The notes: generated by a model from the letters alone, not told the origin. 64,000 nt of DNA from Macrostomum lignano (GCA_002269645.1 NIVC01000056.1:1173370-1237369), one strand, 5' to 3'. Counted from the first letter of the stretch, positions 49,424 through 63,447 are shown. Translations and numbers: made by a program.

Positions 49424-50310
49424 TCGATGTGCGTTGCGGATCGCGCTATACCAACCTGTATGCTGGCTTGATCGCGGCGCTCCTACCGACCTGTACGAGT
49501 TGCTGGATGCCTGCTGATCAAACTGCAACTTATAGCGAATTGTAATTACATGTGCTGGCCGGATACTAATCAATGTTGCATCATACTCAGTTATTACATA
49601 CTACACAACTGCAGTCTCTACAGCTCTGCACTGTAAAGCGCAGACGCATTTTATACAGTACGTAAATCGTAGCCTGTCAGCCATGCTCTATACTATGGTA
49701 CCAGCTGCTCTGTTCTGACGGGCAGTCATGTACTTGTCGTAAATTACATTGTTGTACTGGGTGCATCAGTTACTTACAAAGTTGTTGCAACAACCAACAA
49801 TCGTTTTTCGGCTTGAGCTCTACTTTTACCAATATTTTTGCTGCTTCCTAGTCACGTATATAGTTTCATGCTCCTCAAGGCTTAGGGGCCTCTCGCTCAC
49901 AGGCTGACAGTGGGGCTGTTTCAGTTTATGTATAAGAGTTAGACATTTTGCAGTGCAATAATTAGCTACTGGGCTTTTGTAGACTAATCTGTGGAAATGG
50001 AGTATACGGCTCGTAAATGTATAATTTCTAGGCATCCCTTGCGAGCTGGTCAGGTCATCAGGTTTATCAATGCAACCAGCGTCGATCATTAGTTGTATGA
50101 GTAGAAAGAGTGAAATTCCTTTGGTATTTAGCTAAGTTATACTCTGGTTGGTAGCACTTAAAAATTCTAGCTAGCTACTTGATTAAGATGCACGCAGACT
50201 TCGTTCGCTGCTGTGTGTGTGTTGTTGTTGTGTGAGCACTATATGACTTGCTTACTGTCGCCCCGATTGCAGCTCTAAGCAGCTTTCAAGCACAAAAAGC
50301 AAAACACAGA

Positions 50311-50451
50311 ATGCCAGCCAAGCAGAACCAGCAGCAGGGAGCCGGCAAGCAGCAGGCAGCCGATGCCAACAAGGACGCCAAGCAGCAAAAGCAGCAGCAA
50401 CAACAACAGCAGGCTGGTGGCGCTGCCGCCAAGGCCGGTCAGAAGAAGTGA
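50311..50451 (+). CDS. Micropeptide A copy 5
   Basis: Same as copy 1. Confidence 0.75.
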   Translation: MPAKQNQQQGAGKQQAADANKDAKQQKQQQQQQQAGGAAAKAGQKK

Positions 50452-51174
50452 TGCGATTTCAGAGAGATCAATTGTTAGGTGTGCTCTGCACCGCATGACA
50501 GCCAGGCCTACTATTGGCGTGACTGAGTGGAACTCTGAGCTCTCTCTATACCTGTACAGTATACTATAATCTGTCCGCATTAGCGTATCGTCTTTGTTAG
50601 GGCTAAAGAGTCGCTGCATCCAGCTCTGAAACTGCAATTAGGTTACTTACTGTATTCTGTACTGTACTAACCTTACTCACGTGCTGACGAAAGCTTATAG
50701 TTGTAAATTGATCCTTTGAAAAAAGTTGTTTGATTGTAGAATAATTACAGTAGCATTTCCTAATTACATATTGGACAGTATTTTTAAAGCAAGCAGGTGT
50801 TTTCGGCTCTCGTTCTTTAAATGCTCTCTGTTTCCCTATATGCTTAGGATGTTTTGTGTTAGATCAGCAGTTGCAGACAGAGAAAGGGGGCATTACTTGC
50901 ATTTGGCTTGATATAGCATCCTCTAGATTTCGTTGTCCAGCACATCCAACTAGAGGCTAGATATGCACCAATGTTCCTTGTAGAGCTGCACTGCTCCAAT
51001 AAGCGGTTAAATAAGAAGAAGTGCCCTTTAGGACATATCTAGATAGTTTTTCTAATGAGGATGTACAGCCAGCTAGCTATACTTGAAGTTGACGTTGGTC
51101 ACCTTGCAAACCGCAGCTGCTCGCTTCTCAAATTGCAGCTTCAAGCATCAGCTTCCTAATCTCAACAGACAAAC

Positions 51175-51300
51175 ATGCCTGCCAAGAAAGCCGCCGCCGA
51201 CAAGAAGGCCGCCGATGCCAACAAGGACGCCGCCAAGCAGCAGCCGGAAAAAGCCGAGGGCGAGCAGGCCGCTGCCAAGGGCGGTCATAAGAAGAAGTGA
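51175..51300 (+). CDS. Micropeptide B copy 5
   Basis: Same as copy 1. Confidence 0.75.
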   Translation: MPAKKAAADKKAADANKDAAKQQPEKAEGEQAAAKGGHKKK

Positions 51301-52187
51301 TCGATGTGCGTTGCGGATCGCGCTATACCAACCTGTATGCTGGCTTGATCGCGGCGCTCCTACCGACCTGTACGAGTTGCTGGATGCCTGCTGATCAAAC
51401 TGCAACTTATAGCGAATTGTAATTACATGTGCTGGCCGGATACTAATCAATGTTGCATCATACTCAGTTATTACATACTACACAACTGCAGTCTCTACAG
51501 CTCTGCACTGTAAAGCGCAGACGCATTTTATACAGTACGTAAATCGTAGCCTGTCAGCCATGCTCTATACTATGGTACCAGCTGCTCTGTTCTGACGGGC
51601 AGTCATGTACTTGTCGTAAATTACATTGTTGTACTGGGTGCATCAGTTACTTACAAAGTTGTTGCAACAACCAACAATCGTTTTTCGGCTTGAGCTCTAC
51701 TTTTACCAATATTTTTGCTGCTTCCTAGTCACGTATATAGTTTCATGCTCCTCAAGGCTTAGGGGCCTCTCGCTCACAGGCTGACAGTGGGGCTGTTTCA
51801 GTTTATGTATAAGAGTTAGACATTTTGCAGTGCAATAATTAGCTACTGGGCTTTTGTAGACTAATCTGTGGAAATGGAGTATACGGCTCGTAAATGTATA
51901 ATTTCTAGGCATCCCTTGCGAGCTGGTCAGGTCATCAGGTTTATCAATGCAACCAGCGTCGATCATTAGTTGTATGAGTAGAAAGAGTGAAATTCCTTTG
52001 GTATTTAGCTAAGTTATACTCTGGTTGGTAGCACTTAAAAATTCTAGCTAGCTACTTGATTAAGATGCACGCAGACTTCGTTCGCTGCTGTGTGTGTGTT
52101 GTTGTTGTGTGAGCACTATATGACTTGCTTACTGTCGCCCCGATTGCAGCTCTAAGCAGCTTTCAAGCACAAAAAGCAAAACACAGA

Positions 52188-52328
52188 ATGCCAGCCAAGC
52201 AGAACCAGCAGCAGGGAGCCGGCAAGCAGCAGGCAGCCGATGCCAACAAGGACGCCAAGCAGCAAAAGCAGCAGCAACAACAACAGCAGGCTGGTGGCGC
52301 TGCCGCCAAGGCCGGTCAGAAGAAGTGA
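52188..52328 (+). CDS. Micropeptide A copy 6
   Basis: Same as copy 1. Confidence 0.75.
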   Translation: MPAKQNQQQGAGKQQAADANKDAKQQKQQQQQQQAGGAAAKAGQKK

Positions 52329-53051
52329 TGCGATTTCAGAGAGATCAATTGTTAGGTGTGCTCTGCACCGCATGACAGCCAGGCCTACTATTGGCGTGAC
52401 TGAGTGGAACTCTGAGCTCTCTCTATACCTGTACAGTATACTATAATCTGTCCGCATTAGCGTATCGTCTTTGTTAGGGCTAAAGAGTCGCTGCATCCAG
52501 CTCTGAAACTGCAATTAGGTTACTTACTGTATTCTGTACTGTACTAACCTTACTCACGTGCTGACGAAAGCTTATAGTTGTAAATTGATCCTTTGAAAAA
52601 AGTTGTTTGATTGTAGAATAATTACAGTAGCATTTCCTAATTACATATTGGACAGTATTTTTAAAGCAAGCAGGTGTTTTCGGCTCTCGTTCTTTAAATG
52701 CTCTCTGTTTCCCTATATGCTTAGGATGTTTTGTGTTAGATCAGCAGTTGCAGACAGAGAAAGGGGGCATTACTTGCATTTGGCTTGATATAGCATCCTC
52801 TAGATTTCGTTGTCCAGCACATCCAACTAGAGGCTAGATATGCACCAATGTTCCTTGTAGAGCTGCACTGCTCCAATAAGCGGTTAAATAAGAAGAAGTG
52901 CCCTTTAGGACATATCTAGATAGTTTTTCTAATGAGGATGTACAGCCAGCTAGCTATACTTGAAGTTGACGTTGGTCACCTTGCAAACCGCAGCTGCTCG
53001 CTTCTCAAATTGCAGCTTCAAGCATCAGCTTCCTAATCTCAACAGACAAAC

Positions 53052-53177
53052 ATGCCTGCCAAGAAAGCCGCCGCCGACAAGAAGGCCGCCGATGCCAACA
53101 AGGACGCCGCCAAGCAGCAGCCGGAAAAAGCCGAGGGCGAGCAGGCCGCTGCCAAGGGCGGTCATAAGAAGAAGTGA
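53052..53177 (+). CDS. Micropeptide B copy 6
   Basis: Same as copy 1. Confidence 0.75.
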   Translation: MPAKKAAADKKAADANKDAAKQQPEKAEGEQAAAKGGHKKK

Positions 53178-54064
53178 TCGATGTGCGTTGCGGATCGCGC
53201 TATACCAACCTGTATGCTGGCTTGATCGCGGCGCTCCTACCGACCTGTACGAGTTGCTGGATGCCTGCTGATCAAACTGCAACTTATAGCGAATTGTAAT
53301 TACATGTGCTGGCCGGATACTAATCAATGTTGCATCATACTCAGTTATTACATACTACACAACTGCAGTCTCTACAGCTCTGCACTGTAAAGCGCAGACG
53401 CATTTTATACAGTACGTAAATCGTAGCCTGTCAGCCATGCTCTATACTATGGTACCAGCTGCTCTGTTCTGACGGGCAGTCATGTACTTGTCGTAAATTA
53501 CATTGTTGTACTGGGTGCATCAGTTACTTACAAAGTTGTTGCAACAACCAACAATCGTTTTTCGGCTTGAGCTCTACTTTTACCAATATTTTTGCTGCTT
53601 CCTAGTCACGTATATAGTTTCATGCTCCTCAAGGCTTAGGGGCCTCTCGCTCACAGGCTGACAGTGGGGCTGTTTCAGTTTATGTATAAGAGTTAGACAT
53701 TTTGCAGTGCAATAATTAGCTACTGGGCTTTTGTAGACTAATCTGTGGAAATGGAGTATACGGCTCGTAAATGTATAATTTCTAGGCATCCCTTGCGAGC
53801 TGGTCAGGTCATCAGGTTTATCAATGCAACCAGCGTCGATCATTAGTTGTATGAGTAGAAAGAGTGAAATTCCTTTGGTATTTAGCTAAGTTATACTCTG
53901 GTTGGTAGCACTTAAAAATTCTAGCTAGCTACTTGATTAAGATGCACGCAGACTTCGTTCGCTGCTGTGTGTGTGTTGTTGTTGTGTGAGCACTATATGA
54001 CTTGCTTACTGTCGCCCCGATTGCAGCTCTAAGCAGCTTTCAAGCACAAAAAGCAAAACACAGA

Positions 54065-54205
54065 ATGCCAGCCAAGCAGAACCAGCAGCAGGGAGCCGGC
54101 AAGCAGCAGGCAGCCGATGCCAACAAGGACGCCAAGCAGCAAAAGCAGCAGCAACAACAACAGCAGGCTGGTGGCGCTGCCGCCAAGGCCGGTCAGAAGA
54201 AGTGA
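54065..54205 (+). CDS. Micropeptide A copy 7
   Basis: Same as copy 1. Confidence 0.75.
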   Translation: MPAKQNQQQGAGKQQAADANKDAKQQKQQQQQQQAGGAAAKAGQKK

Positions 54206-54928
54206 TGCGATTTCAGAGAGATCAATTGTTAGGTGTGCTCTGCACCGCATGACAGCCAGGCCTACTATTGGCGTGACTGAGTGGAACTCTGAGCTCTCTC
54301 TATACCTGTACAGTATACTATAATCTGTCCGCATTAGCGTATCGTCTTTGTTAGGGCTAAAGAGTCGCTGCATCCAGCTCTGAAACTGCAATTAGGTTAC
54401 TTACTGTATTCTGTACTGTACTAACCTTACTCACGTGCTGACGAAAGCTTATAGTTGTAAATTGATCCTTTGAAAAAAGTTGTTTGATTGTAGAATAATT
54501 ACAGTAGCATTTCCTAATTACATATTGGACAGTATTTTTAAAGCAAGCAGGTGTTTTCGGCTCTCGTTCTTTAAATGCTCTCTGTTTCCCTATATGCTTA
54601 GGATGTTTTGTGTTAGATCAGCAGTTGCAGACAGAGAAAGGGGGCATTACTTGCATTTGGCTTGATATAGCATCCTCTAGATTTCGTTGTCCAGCACATC
54701 CAACTAGAGGCTAGATATGCACCAATGTTCCTTGTAGAGCTGCACTGCTCCAATAAGCGGTTAAATAAGAAGAAGTGCCCTTTAGGACATATCTAGATAG
54801 TTTTTCTAATGAGGATGTACAGCCAGCTAGCTATACTTGAAGTTGACGTTGGTCACCTTGCAAACCGCAGCTGCTCGCTTCTCAAATTGCAGCTTCAAGC
54901 ATCAGCTTCCTAATCTCAACAGACAAAC

Positions 54929-55054
54929 ATGCCTGCCAAGAAAGCCGCCGCCGACAAGAAGGCCGCCGATGCCAACAAGGACGCCGCCAAGCAGCAGCCG
55001 GAAAAAGCCGAGGGCGAGCAGGCCGCTGCCAAGGGCGGTCATAAGAAGAAGTGA
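54929..55054 (+). CDS. Micropeptide B copy 7
   Basis: Same as copy 1. Confidence 0.75.
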   Translation: MPAKKAAADKKAADANKDAAKQQPEKAEGEQAAAKGGHKKK

Positions 55055-55939
55055 TCGATGTGCGTTGCGGATCGCGCTATACCAACCTGTATGCTGGCTT
55101 GATCGCGGCGCTCCTACCGACCTGTACGAGTTGCTGGATGCCTGCTGATCAAACTGCAACTTATAGCGAATTGTAATTACATGTGCTGGCCGGATACTAA
55201 TCAATGTTGCATCATACTCAGTTATTACATACTACACAACTGCAGTCTCTACAGCTCTGCACTGTAAAGCGCAGACGCATTTTATACAGTACGTAAATCG
55301 TAGCCTGTCAGCCATGCTCTATACTATGGTACCAGCTGCTCTGTTCTGACGGGCAGTCATGTACTTGTCGTAAATTACATTGTTGTACTGGGTGCATCAG
55401 TTACTTACAAAGTTGTTGCAACAACCAACAATCGTTTTTCGGCTTGAGCTCTACTTTTACCAATATTTTTGCTGCTTCCTAGTCACGTATATAGTTTCAT
55501 GCTCCTCAAGGCTTAGGGGCCTCTCGCTCACAGGCTGACAGTGGGGCTGTTTCAGTTTATGTATAAGAGTTAGACATTTTGCAGCAATAATTAGCTACTG
55601 GGCTTTTGTAGACTAATCTGTGGAAATGGAGTATACGGCTCGTAAATGTATAATTTCTAGGCATCCCTTGCGAGCTGGTCAGGTCATCAGGTTTATCAAT
55701 GCAACCAGCGTCGATCATTAGTTGTATGAGTAGAAAGAGTGAAATTCCTTTGGTATTTAGCTAAGTTATACTCTGGTTGGTAGCACTTAAAAATTCTAGC
55801 TAGCTACTTGATTAAGATGCACGCAGACTTCGTTCGCTGCTGTGTGTGTGTTGTTGTTGTGTGAGCACTATATGACTTGCTTACTGTCGCCCCGATTGCA
55901 GCTCTAAGCAGCTTTCAAGCACAAAAAGCAAAACACAGA

Positions 55940-56080
55940 ATGCCAGCCAAGCAGAACCAGCAGCAGGGAGCCGGCAAGCAGCAGGCAGCCGATGCCAACA
56001 AGGACGCCAAGCAGCAAAAGCAGCAGCAACAACAACAGCAGGCTGGTGGCGCTGCCGCCAAGGCCGGTCAGAAGAAGTGA
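55940..56080 (+). CDS. Micropeptide A copy 8
   Basis: Same as copy 1. Confidence 0.75.
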   Translation: MPAKQNQQQGAGKQQAADANKDAKQQKQQQQQQQAGGAAAKAGQKK

Positions 56081-56803
56081 TGCGATTTCAGAGAGATCAA
56101 TTGTTAGGTGTGCTCTGCACCGCATGACAGCCAGGCCTACTATTGGCGTGACTGAGTGGAACTCTGAGCTCTCTCTATACCTGTACAGTATACTATAATC
56201 TGTCCGCATTAGCGTATCGTCTTTGTTAGGGCTAAAGAGTCGCTGCATCCAGCTCTGAAACTGCAATTAGGTTACTTACTGTATTCTGTACTGTACTAAC
56301 CTTACTCACGTGCTGACGAAAGCTTATAGTTGTAAATTGATCCTTTGAAAAAAGTTGTTTGATTGTAGAATAATTACAGTAGCATTTCCTAATTACATAT
56401 TGGACAGTATTTTTAAAGCAAGCAGGTGTTTTCGGCTCTCGTTCTTTAAATGCTCTCTGTTTCCCTATATGCTTAGGATGTTTTGTGTTAGATCAGCAGT
56501 TGCAGACAGAGAAAGGGGGCATTACTTGCATTTGGCTTGATATAGCATCCTCTAGATTTCGTTGTCCAGCACATCCAACTAGAGGCTAGATATGCACCAA
56601 TGTTCCTTGTAGAGCTGCACTGCTCCAATAAGCGGTTAAATAAGAAGAAGTGCCCTTTAGGACATATCTAGATAGTTTTTCTAATGAGGATGTACAGCCA
56701 GCTAGCTATACTTGAAGTTGACGTTGGTCACCTTGCAAACCGCAGCTGCTCGCTTCTCAAATTGCAGCTTCAAGCATCAGCTTCCTAATCTCAACAGACA
56801 AAC

Positions 56804-56929
56804 ATGCCTGCCAAGAAAGCCGCCGCCGACAAGAAGGCCGCCGATGCCAACAAGGACGCCGCCAAGCAGCAGCCGGAAAAAGCCGAGGGCGAGCAGGCCG
56901 CTGCCAAGGGCGGTCATAAGAAGAAGTGA
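56804..56929 (+). CDS. Micropeptide B copy 8
   Basis: Same as copy 1. Confidence 0.75.
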   Translation: MPAKKAAADKKAADANKDAAKQQPEKAEGEQAAAKGGHKKK

Positions 56930-57816
56930 TCGATGTGCGTTGCGGATCGCGCTATACCAACCTGTATGCTGGCTTGATCGCGGCGCTCCTACCGACCTGT
57001 ACGAGTTGCTGGATGCCTGCTGATCAAACTGCAACTTATAGCGAATTGTAATTACATGTGCTGGCCGGATACTAATCAATGTTGCATCATACTCAGTTAT
57101 TACATACTACACAACTGCAGTCTCTACAGCTCTGCACTGTAAAGCGCAGACGCATTTTATACAGTACGTAAATCGTAGCCTGTCAGCCATGCTCTATACT
57201 ATGGTACCAGCTGCTCTGTTCTGACGGGCAGTCATGTACTTGTCGTAAATTACATTGTTGTACTGGGTGCATCAGTTACTTACAAAGTTGTTGCAACAAC
57301 CAACAATCGTTTTTCGGCTTGAGCTCTACTTTTACCAATATTTTTGCTGCTTCCTAGTCACGTATATAGTTTCATGCTCCTCAAGGCTTAGGGGCCTCTC
57401 GCTCACAGGCTGACAGTGGGGCTGTTTCAGTTTATGTATAAGAGTTAGACATTTTGCAGTGCAATAATTAGCTACTGGGCTTTTGTAGACTAATCTGTGG
57501 AAATGGAGTATACGGCTCGTAAATGTATAATTTCTAGGCATCCCTTGCGAGCTGGTCAGGTCATCAGGTTTATCAATGCAACCAGCGTCGATCATTAGTT
57601 GTATGAGTAGAAAGAGTGAAATTCCTTTGGTATTTAGCTAAGTTATACTCTGGTTGGTAGCACTTAAAAATTCTAGCTAGCTACTTGATTAAGATGCACG
57701 CAGACTTCGTTCGCTGCTGTGTGTGTGTTGTTGTTGTGTGAGCACTATATGACTTGCTTACTGTCGCCCCGATTGCAGCTCTAAGCAGCTTTCAAGCACA
57801 AAAAGCAAAACACAGA

Positions 57817-57957
57817 ATGCCAGCCAAGCAGAACCAGCAGCAGGGAGCCGGCAAGCAGCAGGCAGCCGATGCCAACAAGGACGCCAAGCAGCAAAAGCAG
57901 CAGCAACAACAACAGCAGGCTGGTGGCGCTGCCGCCAAGGCCGGTCAGAAGAAGTGA
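57817..57957 (+). CDS. Micropeptide A copy 9
   Basis: Same as copy 1. Confidence 0.75.
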   Translation: MPAKQNQQQGAGKQQAADANKDAKQQKQQQQQQQAGGAAAKAGQKK

Positions 57958-58680
57958 TGCGATTTCAGAGAGATCAATTGTTAGGTGTGCTCTGCACCGC
58001 ATGACAGCCAGGCCTACTATTGGCGTGACTGAGTGGAACTCTGAGCTCTCTCTATACCTGTACAGTATACTATAATCTGTCCGCATTAGCGTATCGTCTT
58101 TGTTAGGGCTAAAGAGTCGCTGCATCCAGCTCTGAAACTGCAATTAGGTTACTTACTGTATTCTGTACTGTACTAACCTTACTCACGTGCTGACGAAAGC
58201 TTATAGTTGTAAATTGATCCTTTGAAAAAAGTTGTTTGATTGTAGAATAATTACAGTAGCATTTCCTAATTACATATTGGACAGTATTTTTAAAGCAAGC
58301 AGGTGTTTTCGGCTCTCGTTCTTTAAATGCTCTCTGTTTCCCTATATGCTTAGGATGTTTTGTGTTAGATCAGCAGTTGCAGACAGAGAAAGGGGGCATT
58401 ACTTGCATTTGGCTTGATATAGCATCCTCTAGATTTCGTTGTCCAGCACATCCAACTAGAGGCTAGATATGCACCAATGTTCCTTGTAGAGCTGCACTGC
58501 TCCAATAAGCGGTTAAATAAGAAGAAGTGCCCTTTAGGACATATCTAGATAGTTTTTCTAATGAGGATGTACAGCCAGCTAGCTATACTTGAAGTTGACG
58601 TTGGTCACCTTGCAAACCGCAGCTGCTCGCTTCTCAAATTGCAGCTTCAAGCATCAGCTTCCTAATCTCAACAGACAAAC

Positions 58681-58806
58681 ATGCCTGCCAAGAAAGCCGC
58701 CGCCGACAAGAAGGCCGCCGATGCCAACAAGGACGCCGCCAAGCAGCAGCCGGAAAAAGCCGAGGGCGAGCAGGCCGCTGCCAAGGGCGGTCATAAGAAG
58801 AAGTGA
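58681..58806 (+). CDS. Micropeptide B copy 9
   Basis: Same as copy 1. Confidence 0.75.
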   Translation: MPAKKAAADKKAADANKDAAKQQPEKAEGEQAAAKGGHKKK

Positions 58807-59693
58807 TCGATGTGCGTTGCGGATCGCGCTATACCAACCTGTATGCTGGCTTGATCGCGGCGCTCCTACCGACCTGTACGAGTTGCTGGATGCCTGCTGA
58901 TCAAACTGCAACTTATAGCGAATTGTAATTACATGTGCTGGCCGGATACTAATCAATGTTGCATCATACTCAGTTATTACATACTACACAACTGCAGTCT
59001 CTACAGCTCTGCACTGTAAAGCGCAGACGCATTTTATACAGTACGTAAATCGTAGCCTGTCAGCCATGCTCTATACTATGGTACCAGCTGCTCTGTTCTG
59101 ACGGGCAGTCATGTACTTGTCGTAAATTACATTGTTGTACTGGGTGCATCAGTTACTTACAAAGTTGTTGCAACAACCAACAATCGTTTTTCGGCTTGAG
59201 CTCTACTTTTACCAATATTTTTGCTGCTTCCTAGTCACGTATATAGTTTCATGCTCCTCAAGGCTTAGGGGCCTCTCGCTCACAGGCTGACAGTGGGGCT
59301 GTTTCAGTTTATGTATAAGAGTTAGACATTTTGCAGTGCAATAATTAGCTACTGGGCTTTTGTAGACTAATCTGTGGAAATGGAGTATACGGCTCGTAAA
59401 TGTATAATTTCTAGGCATCCCTTGCGAGCTGGTCAGGTCATCAGGTTTATCAATGCAACCAGCGTCGATCATTAGTTGTATGAGTAGAAAGAGTGAAATT
59501 CCTTTGGTATTTAGCTAAGTTATACTCTGGTTGGTAGCACTTAAAAATTCTAGCTAGCTACTTGATTAAGATGCACGCAGACTTCGTTCGCTGCTGTGTG
59601 TGTGTTGTTGTTGTGTGAGCACTATATGACTTGCTTACTGTCGCCCCGATTGCAGCTCTAAGCAGCTTTCAAGCACAAAAAGCAAAACACAGA

Positions 59694-59834
59694 ATGCCAG
59701 CCAAGCAGAACCAGCAGCAGGGAGCCGGCAAGCAGCAGGCAGCCGATGCCAACAAGGACGCCAAGCAGCAAAAGCAGCAGCAACAACAACAGCAGGCTGG
59801 TGGCGCTGCCGCCAAGGCCGGTCAGAAGAAGTGA
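59694..59834 (+). CDS. Micropeptide A copy 10
   Basis: Same as copy 1. Confidence 0.75.
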   Translation: MPAKQNQQQGAGKQQAADANKDAKQQKQQQQQQQAGGAAAKAGQKK

Positions 59835-60557
59835 TGCGATTTCAGAGAGATCAATTGTTAGGTGTGCTCTGCACCGCATGACAGCCAGGCCTACTATTGG
59901 CGTGACTGAGTGGAACTCTGAGCTCTCTCTATACCTGTACAGTATACTATAATCTGTCCGCATTAGCGTATCGTCTTTGTTAGGGCTAAAGAGTCGCTGC
60001 ATCCAGCTCTGAAACTGCAATTAGGTTACTTACTGTATTCTGTACTGTACTAACCTTACTCACGTGCTGACGAAAGCTTATAGTTGTAAATTGATCCTTT
60101 GAAAAAAGTTGTTTGATTGTAGAATAATTACAGTAGCATTTCCTAATTACATATTGGACAGTATTTTTAAAGCAAGCAGGTGTTTTCGGCTCTCGTTCTT
60201 TAAATGCTCTCTGTTTCCCTATATGCTTAGGATGTTTTGTGTTAGATCAGCAGTTGCAGACAGAGAAAGGGGGCATTACTTGCATTTGGCTTGATATAGC
60301 ATCCTCTAGATTTCGTTGTCCAGCACATCCAACTAGAGGCTAGATATGCACCAATGTTCCTTGTAGAGCTGCACTGCTCCAATAAGCGGTTAAATAAGAA
60401 GAAGTGCCCTTTAGGACATATCTAGATAGTTTTTCTAATGAGGATGTACAGCCAGCTAGCTATACTTGAAGTTGACGTTGGTCACCTTGCAAACCGCAGC
60501 TGCTCGCTTCTCAAATTGCAGCTTCAAGCATCAGCTTCCTAATCTCAACAGACAAAC

Positions 60558-60683
60558 ATGCCTGCCAAGAAAGCCGCCGCCGACAAGAAGGCCGCCGATG
60601 CCAACAAGGACGCCGCCAAGCAGCAGCCGGAAAAAGCCGAGGGCGAGCAGGCCGCTGCCAAGGGCGGTCATAAGAAGAAGTGA
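60558..60683 (+). CDS. Micropeptide B copy 10
   Basis: Same as copy 1. Confidence 0.75.
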   Translation: MPAKKAAADKKAADANKDAAKQQPEKAEGEQAAAKGGHKKK

Positions 60684-61570
60684 TCGATGTGCGTTGCGGA
60701 TCGCGCTATACCAACCTGTATGCTGGCTTGATCGCGGCGCTCCTACCGACCTGTACGAGTTGCTGGATGCCTGCTGATCAAACTGCAACTTATAGCGAAT
60801 TGTAATTACATGTGCTGGCCGGATACTAATCAATGTTGCATCATACTCAGTTATTACATACTACACAACTGCAGTCTCTACAGCTCTGCACTGTAAAGCG
60901 CAGACGCATTTTATACAGTACGTAAATCGTAGCCTGTCAGCCATGCTCTATACTATGGTACCAGCTGCTCTGTTCTGACGGGCAGTCATGTACTTGTCGT
61001 AAATTACATTGTTGTACTGGGTGCATCAGTTACTTACAAAGTTGTTGCAACAACCAACAATCGTTTTTCGGCTTGAGCTCTACTTTTACCAATATTTTTG
61101 CTGCTTCCTAGTCACGTATATAGTTTCATGCTCCTCAAGGCTTAGGGGCCTCTCGCTCACAGGCTGACAGTGGGGCTGTTTCAGTTTATGTATAAGAGTT
61201 AGACATTTTGCAGTGCAATAATTAGCTACTGGGCTTTTGTAGACTAATCTGTGGAAATGGAGTATACGGCTCGTAAATGTATAATTTCTAGGCATCCCTT
61301 GCGAGCTGGTCAGGTCATCAGGTTTATCAATGCAACCAGCGTCGATCATTAGTTGTATGAGTAGAAAGAGTGAAATTCCTTTGGTATTTAGCTAAGTTAT
61401 ACTCTGGTTGGTAGCACTTAAAAATTCTAGCTAGCTACTTGATTAAGATGCACGCAGACTTCGTTCGCTGCTGTGTGTGTGTTGTTGTTGTGTGAGCACT
61501 ATATGACTTGCTTACTGTCGCCCCGATTGCAGCTCTAAGCAGCTTTCAAGCACAAAAAGCAAAACACAGA

Positions 61571-61711
61571 ATGCCAGCCAAGCAGAACCAGCAGCAGGGA
61601 GCCGGCAAGCAGCAGGCAGCCGATGCCAACAAGGACGCCAAGCAGCAAAAGCAGCAGCAACAACAACAGCAGGCTGGTGGCGCTGCCGCCAAGGCCGGTC
61701 AGAAGAAGTGA
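61571..61711 (+). CDS. Micropeptide A copy 11
   Basis: Same as copy 1. Confidence 0.75.
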   Translation: MPAKQNQQQGAGKQQAADANKDAKQQKQQQQQQQAGGAAAKAGQKK

Positions 61712-62434
61712 TGCGATTTCAGAGAGATCAATTGTTAGGTGTGCTCTGCACCGCATGACAGCCAGGCCTACTATTGGCGTGACTGAGTGGAACTCTGAGC
61801 TCTCTCTATACCTGTACAGTATACTATAATCTGTCCGCATTAGCGTATCGTCTTTGTTAGGGCTAAAGAGTCGCTGCATCCAGCTCTGAAACTGCAATTA
61901 GGTTACTTACTGTATTCTGTACTGTACTAACCTTACTCACGTGCTGACGAAAGCTTATAGTTGTAAATTGATCCTTTGAAAAAAGTTGTTTGATTGTAGA
62001 ATAATTACAGTAGCATTTCCTAATTACATATTGGACAGTATTTTTAAAGCAAGCAGGTGTTTTCGGCTCTCGTTCTTTAAATGCTCTCTGTTTCCCTATA
62101 TGCTTAGGATGTTTTGTGTTAGATCAGCAGTTGCAGACAGAGAAAGGGGGCATTACTTGCATTTGGCTTGATATAGCATCCTCTAGATTTCGTTGTCCAG
62201 CACATCCAACTAGAGGCTAGATATGCACCAATGTTCCTTGTAGAGCTGCACTGCTCCAATAAGCGGTTAAATAAGAAGAAGTGCCCTTTAGGACATATCT
62301 AGATAGTTTTTCTAATGAGGATGTACAGCCAGCTAGCTATACTTGAAGTTGACGTTGGTCACCTTGCAAACCGCAGCTGCTCGCTTCTCAAATTGCAGCT
62401 TCAAGCATCAGCTTCCTAATCTCAACAGACAAAC

Positions 62435-62560
62435 ATGCCTGCCAAGAAAGCCGCCGCCGACAAGAAGGCCGCCGATGCCAACAAGGACGCCGCCAAGCAG
62501 CAGCCGGAAAAAGCCGAGGGCGAGCAGGCCGCTGCCAAGGGCGGTCATAAGAAGAAGTGA
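62435..62560 (+). CDS. Micropeptide B copy 11
   Basis: Same as copy 1. Confidence 0.75.
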   Translation: MPAKKAAADKKAADANKDAAKQQPEKAEGEQAAAKGGHKKK

Positions 62561-63447
62561 TCGATGTGCGTTGCGGATCGCGCTATACCAACCTGTATGC
62601 TGGCTTGATCGCGGCGCTCCTACCGACCTGTACGAGTTGCTGGATGCCTGCTGATCAAACTGCAACTTATAGCGAATTGTAATTACATGTGCTGGCCGGA
62701 TACTAATCAATGTTGCATCATACTCAGTTATTACATACTACACAACTGCAGTCTCTACAGCTCTGCACTGTAAAGCGCAGACGCATTTTATACAGTACGT
62801 AAATCGTAGCCTGTCAGCCATGCTCTATACTATGGTACCAGCTGCTCTGTTCTGACGGGCAGTCATGTACTTGTCGTAAATTACATTGTTGTACTGGGTG
62901 CATCAGTTACTTACAAAGTTGTTGCAACAACCAACAATCGTTTTTCGGCTTGAGCTCTACTTTTACCAATATTTTTGCTGCTTCCTAGTCACGTATATAG
63001 TTTCATGCTCCTCAAGGCTTAGGGGCCTCTCGCTCACAGGCTGACAGTGGGGCTGTTTCAGTTTATGTATAAGAGTTAGACATTTTGCAGTGCAATAATT
63101 AGCTACTGGGCTTTTGTAGACTAATCTGTGGAAATGGAGTATACGGCTCGTAAATGTATAATTTCTAGGCATCCCTTGCGAGCTGGTCAGGTCATCAGGT
63201 TTATCAATGCAACCAGCGTCGATCATTAGTTGTATGAGTAGAAAGAGTGAAATTCCTTTGGTATTTAGCTAAGTTATACTCTGGTTGGTAGCACTTAAAA
63301 ATTCTAGCTAGCTACTTGATTAAGATGCACGCAGACTTCGTTCGCTGCTGTGTGTGTGTTGTTGTTGTGTGAGCACTATATGACTTGCTTACTGTCGCCC
63401 CGATTGCAGCTCTAAGCAGCTTTCAAGCACAAAAAGCAAAACACAGA

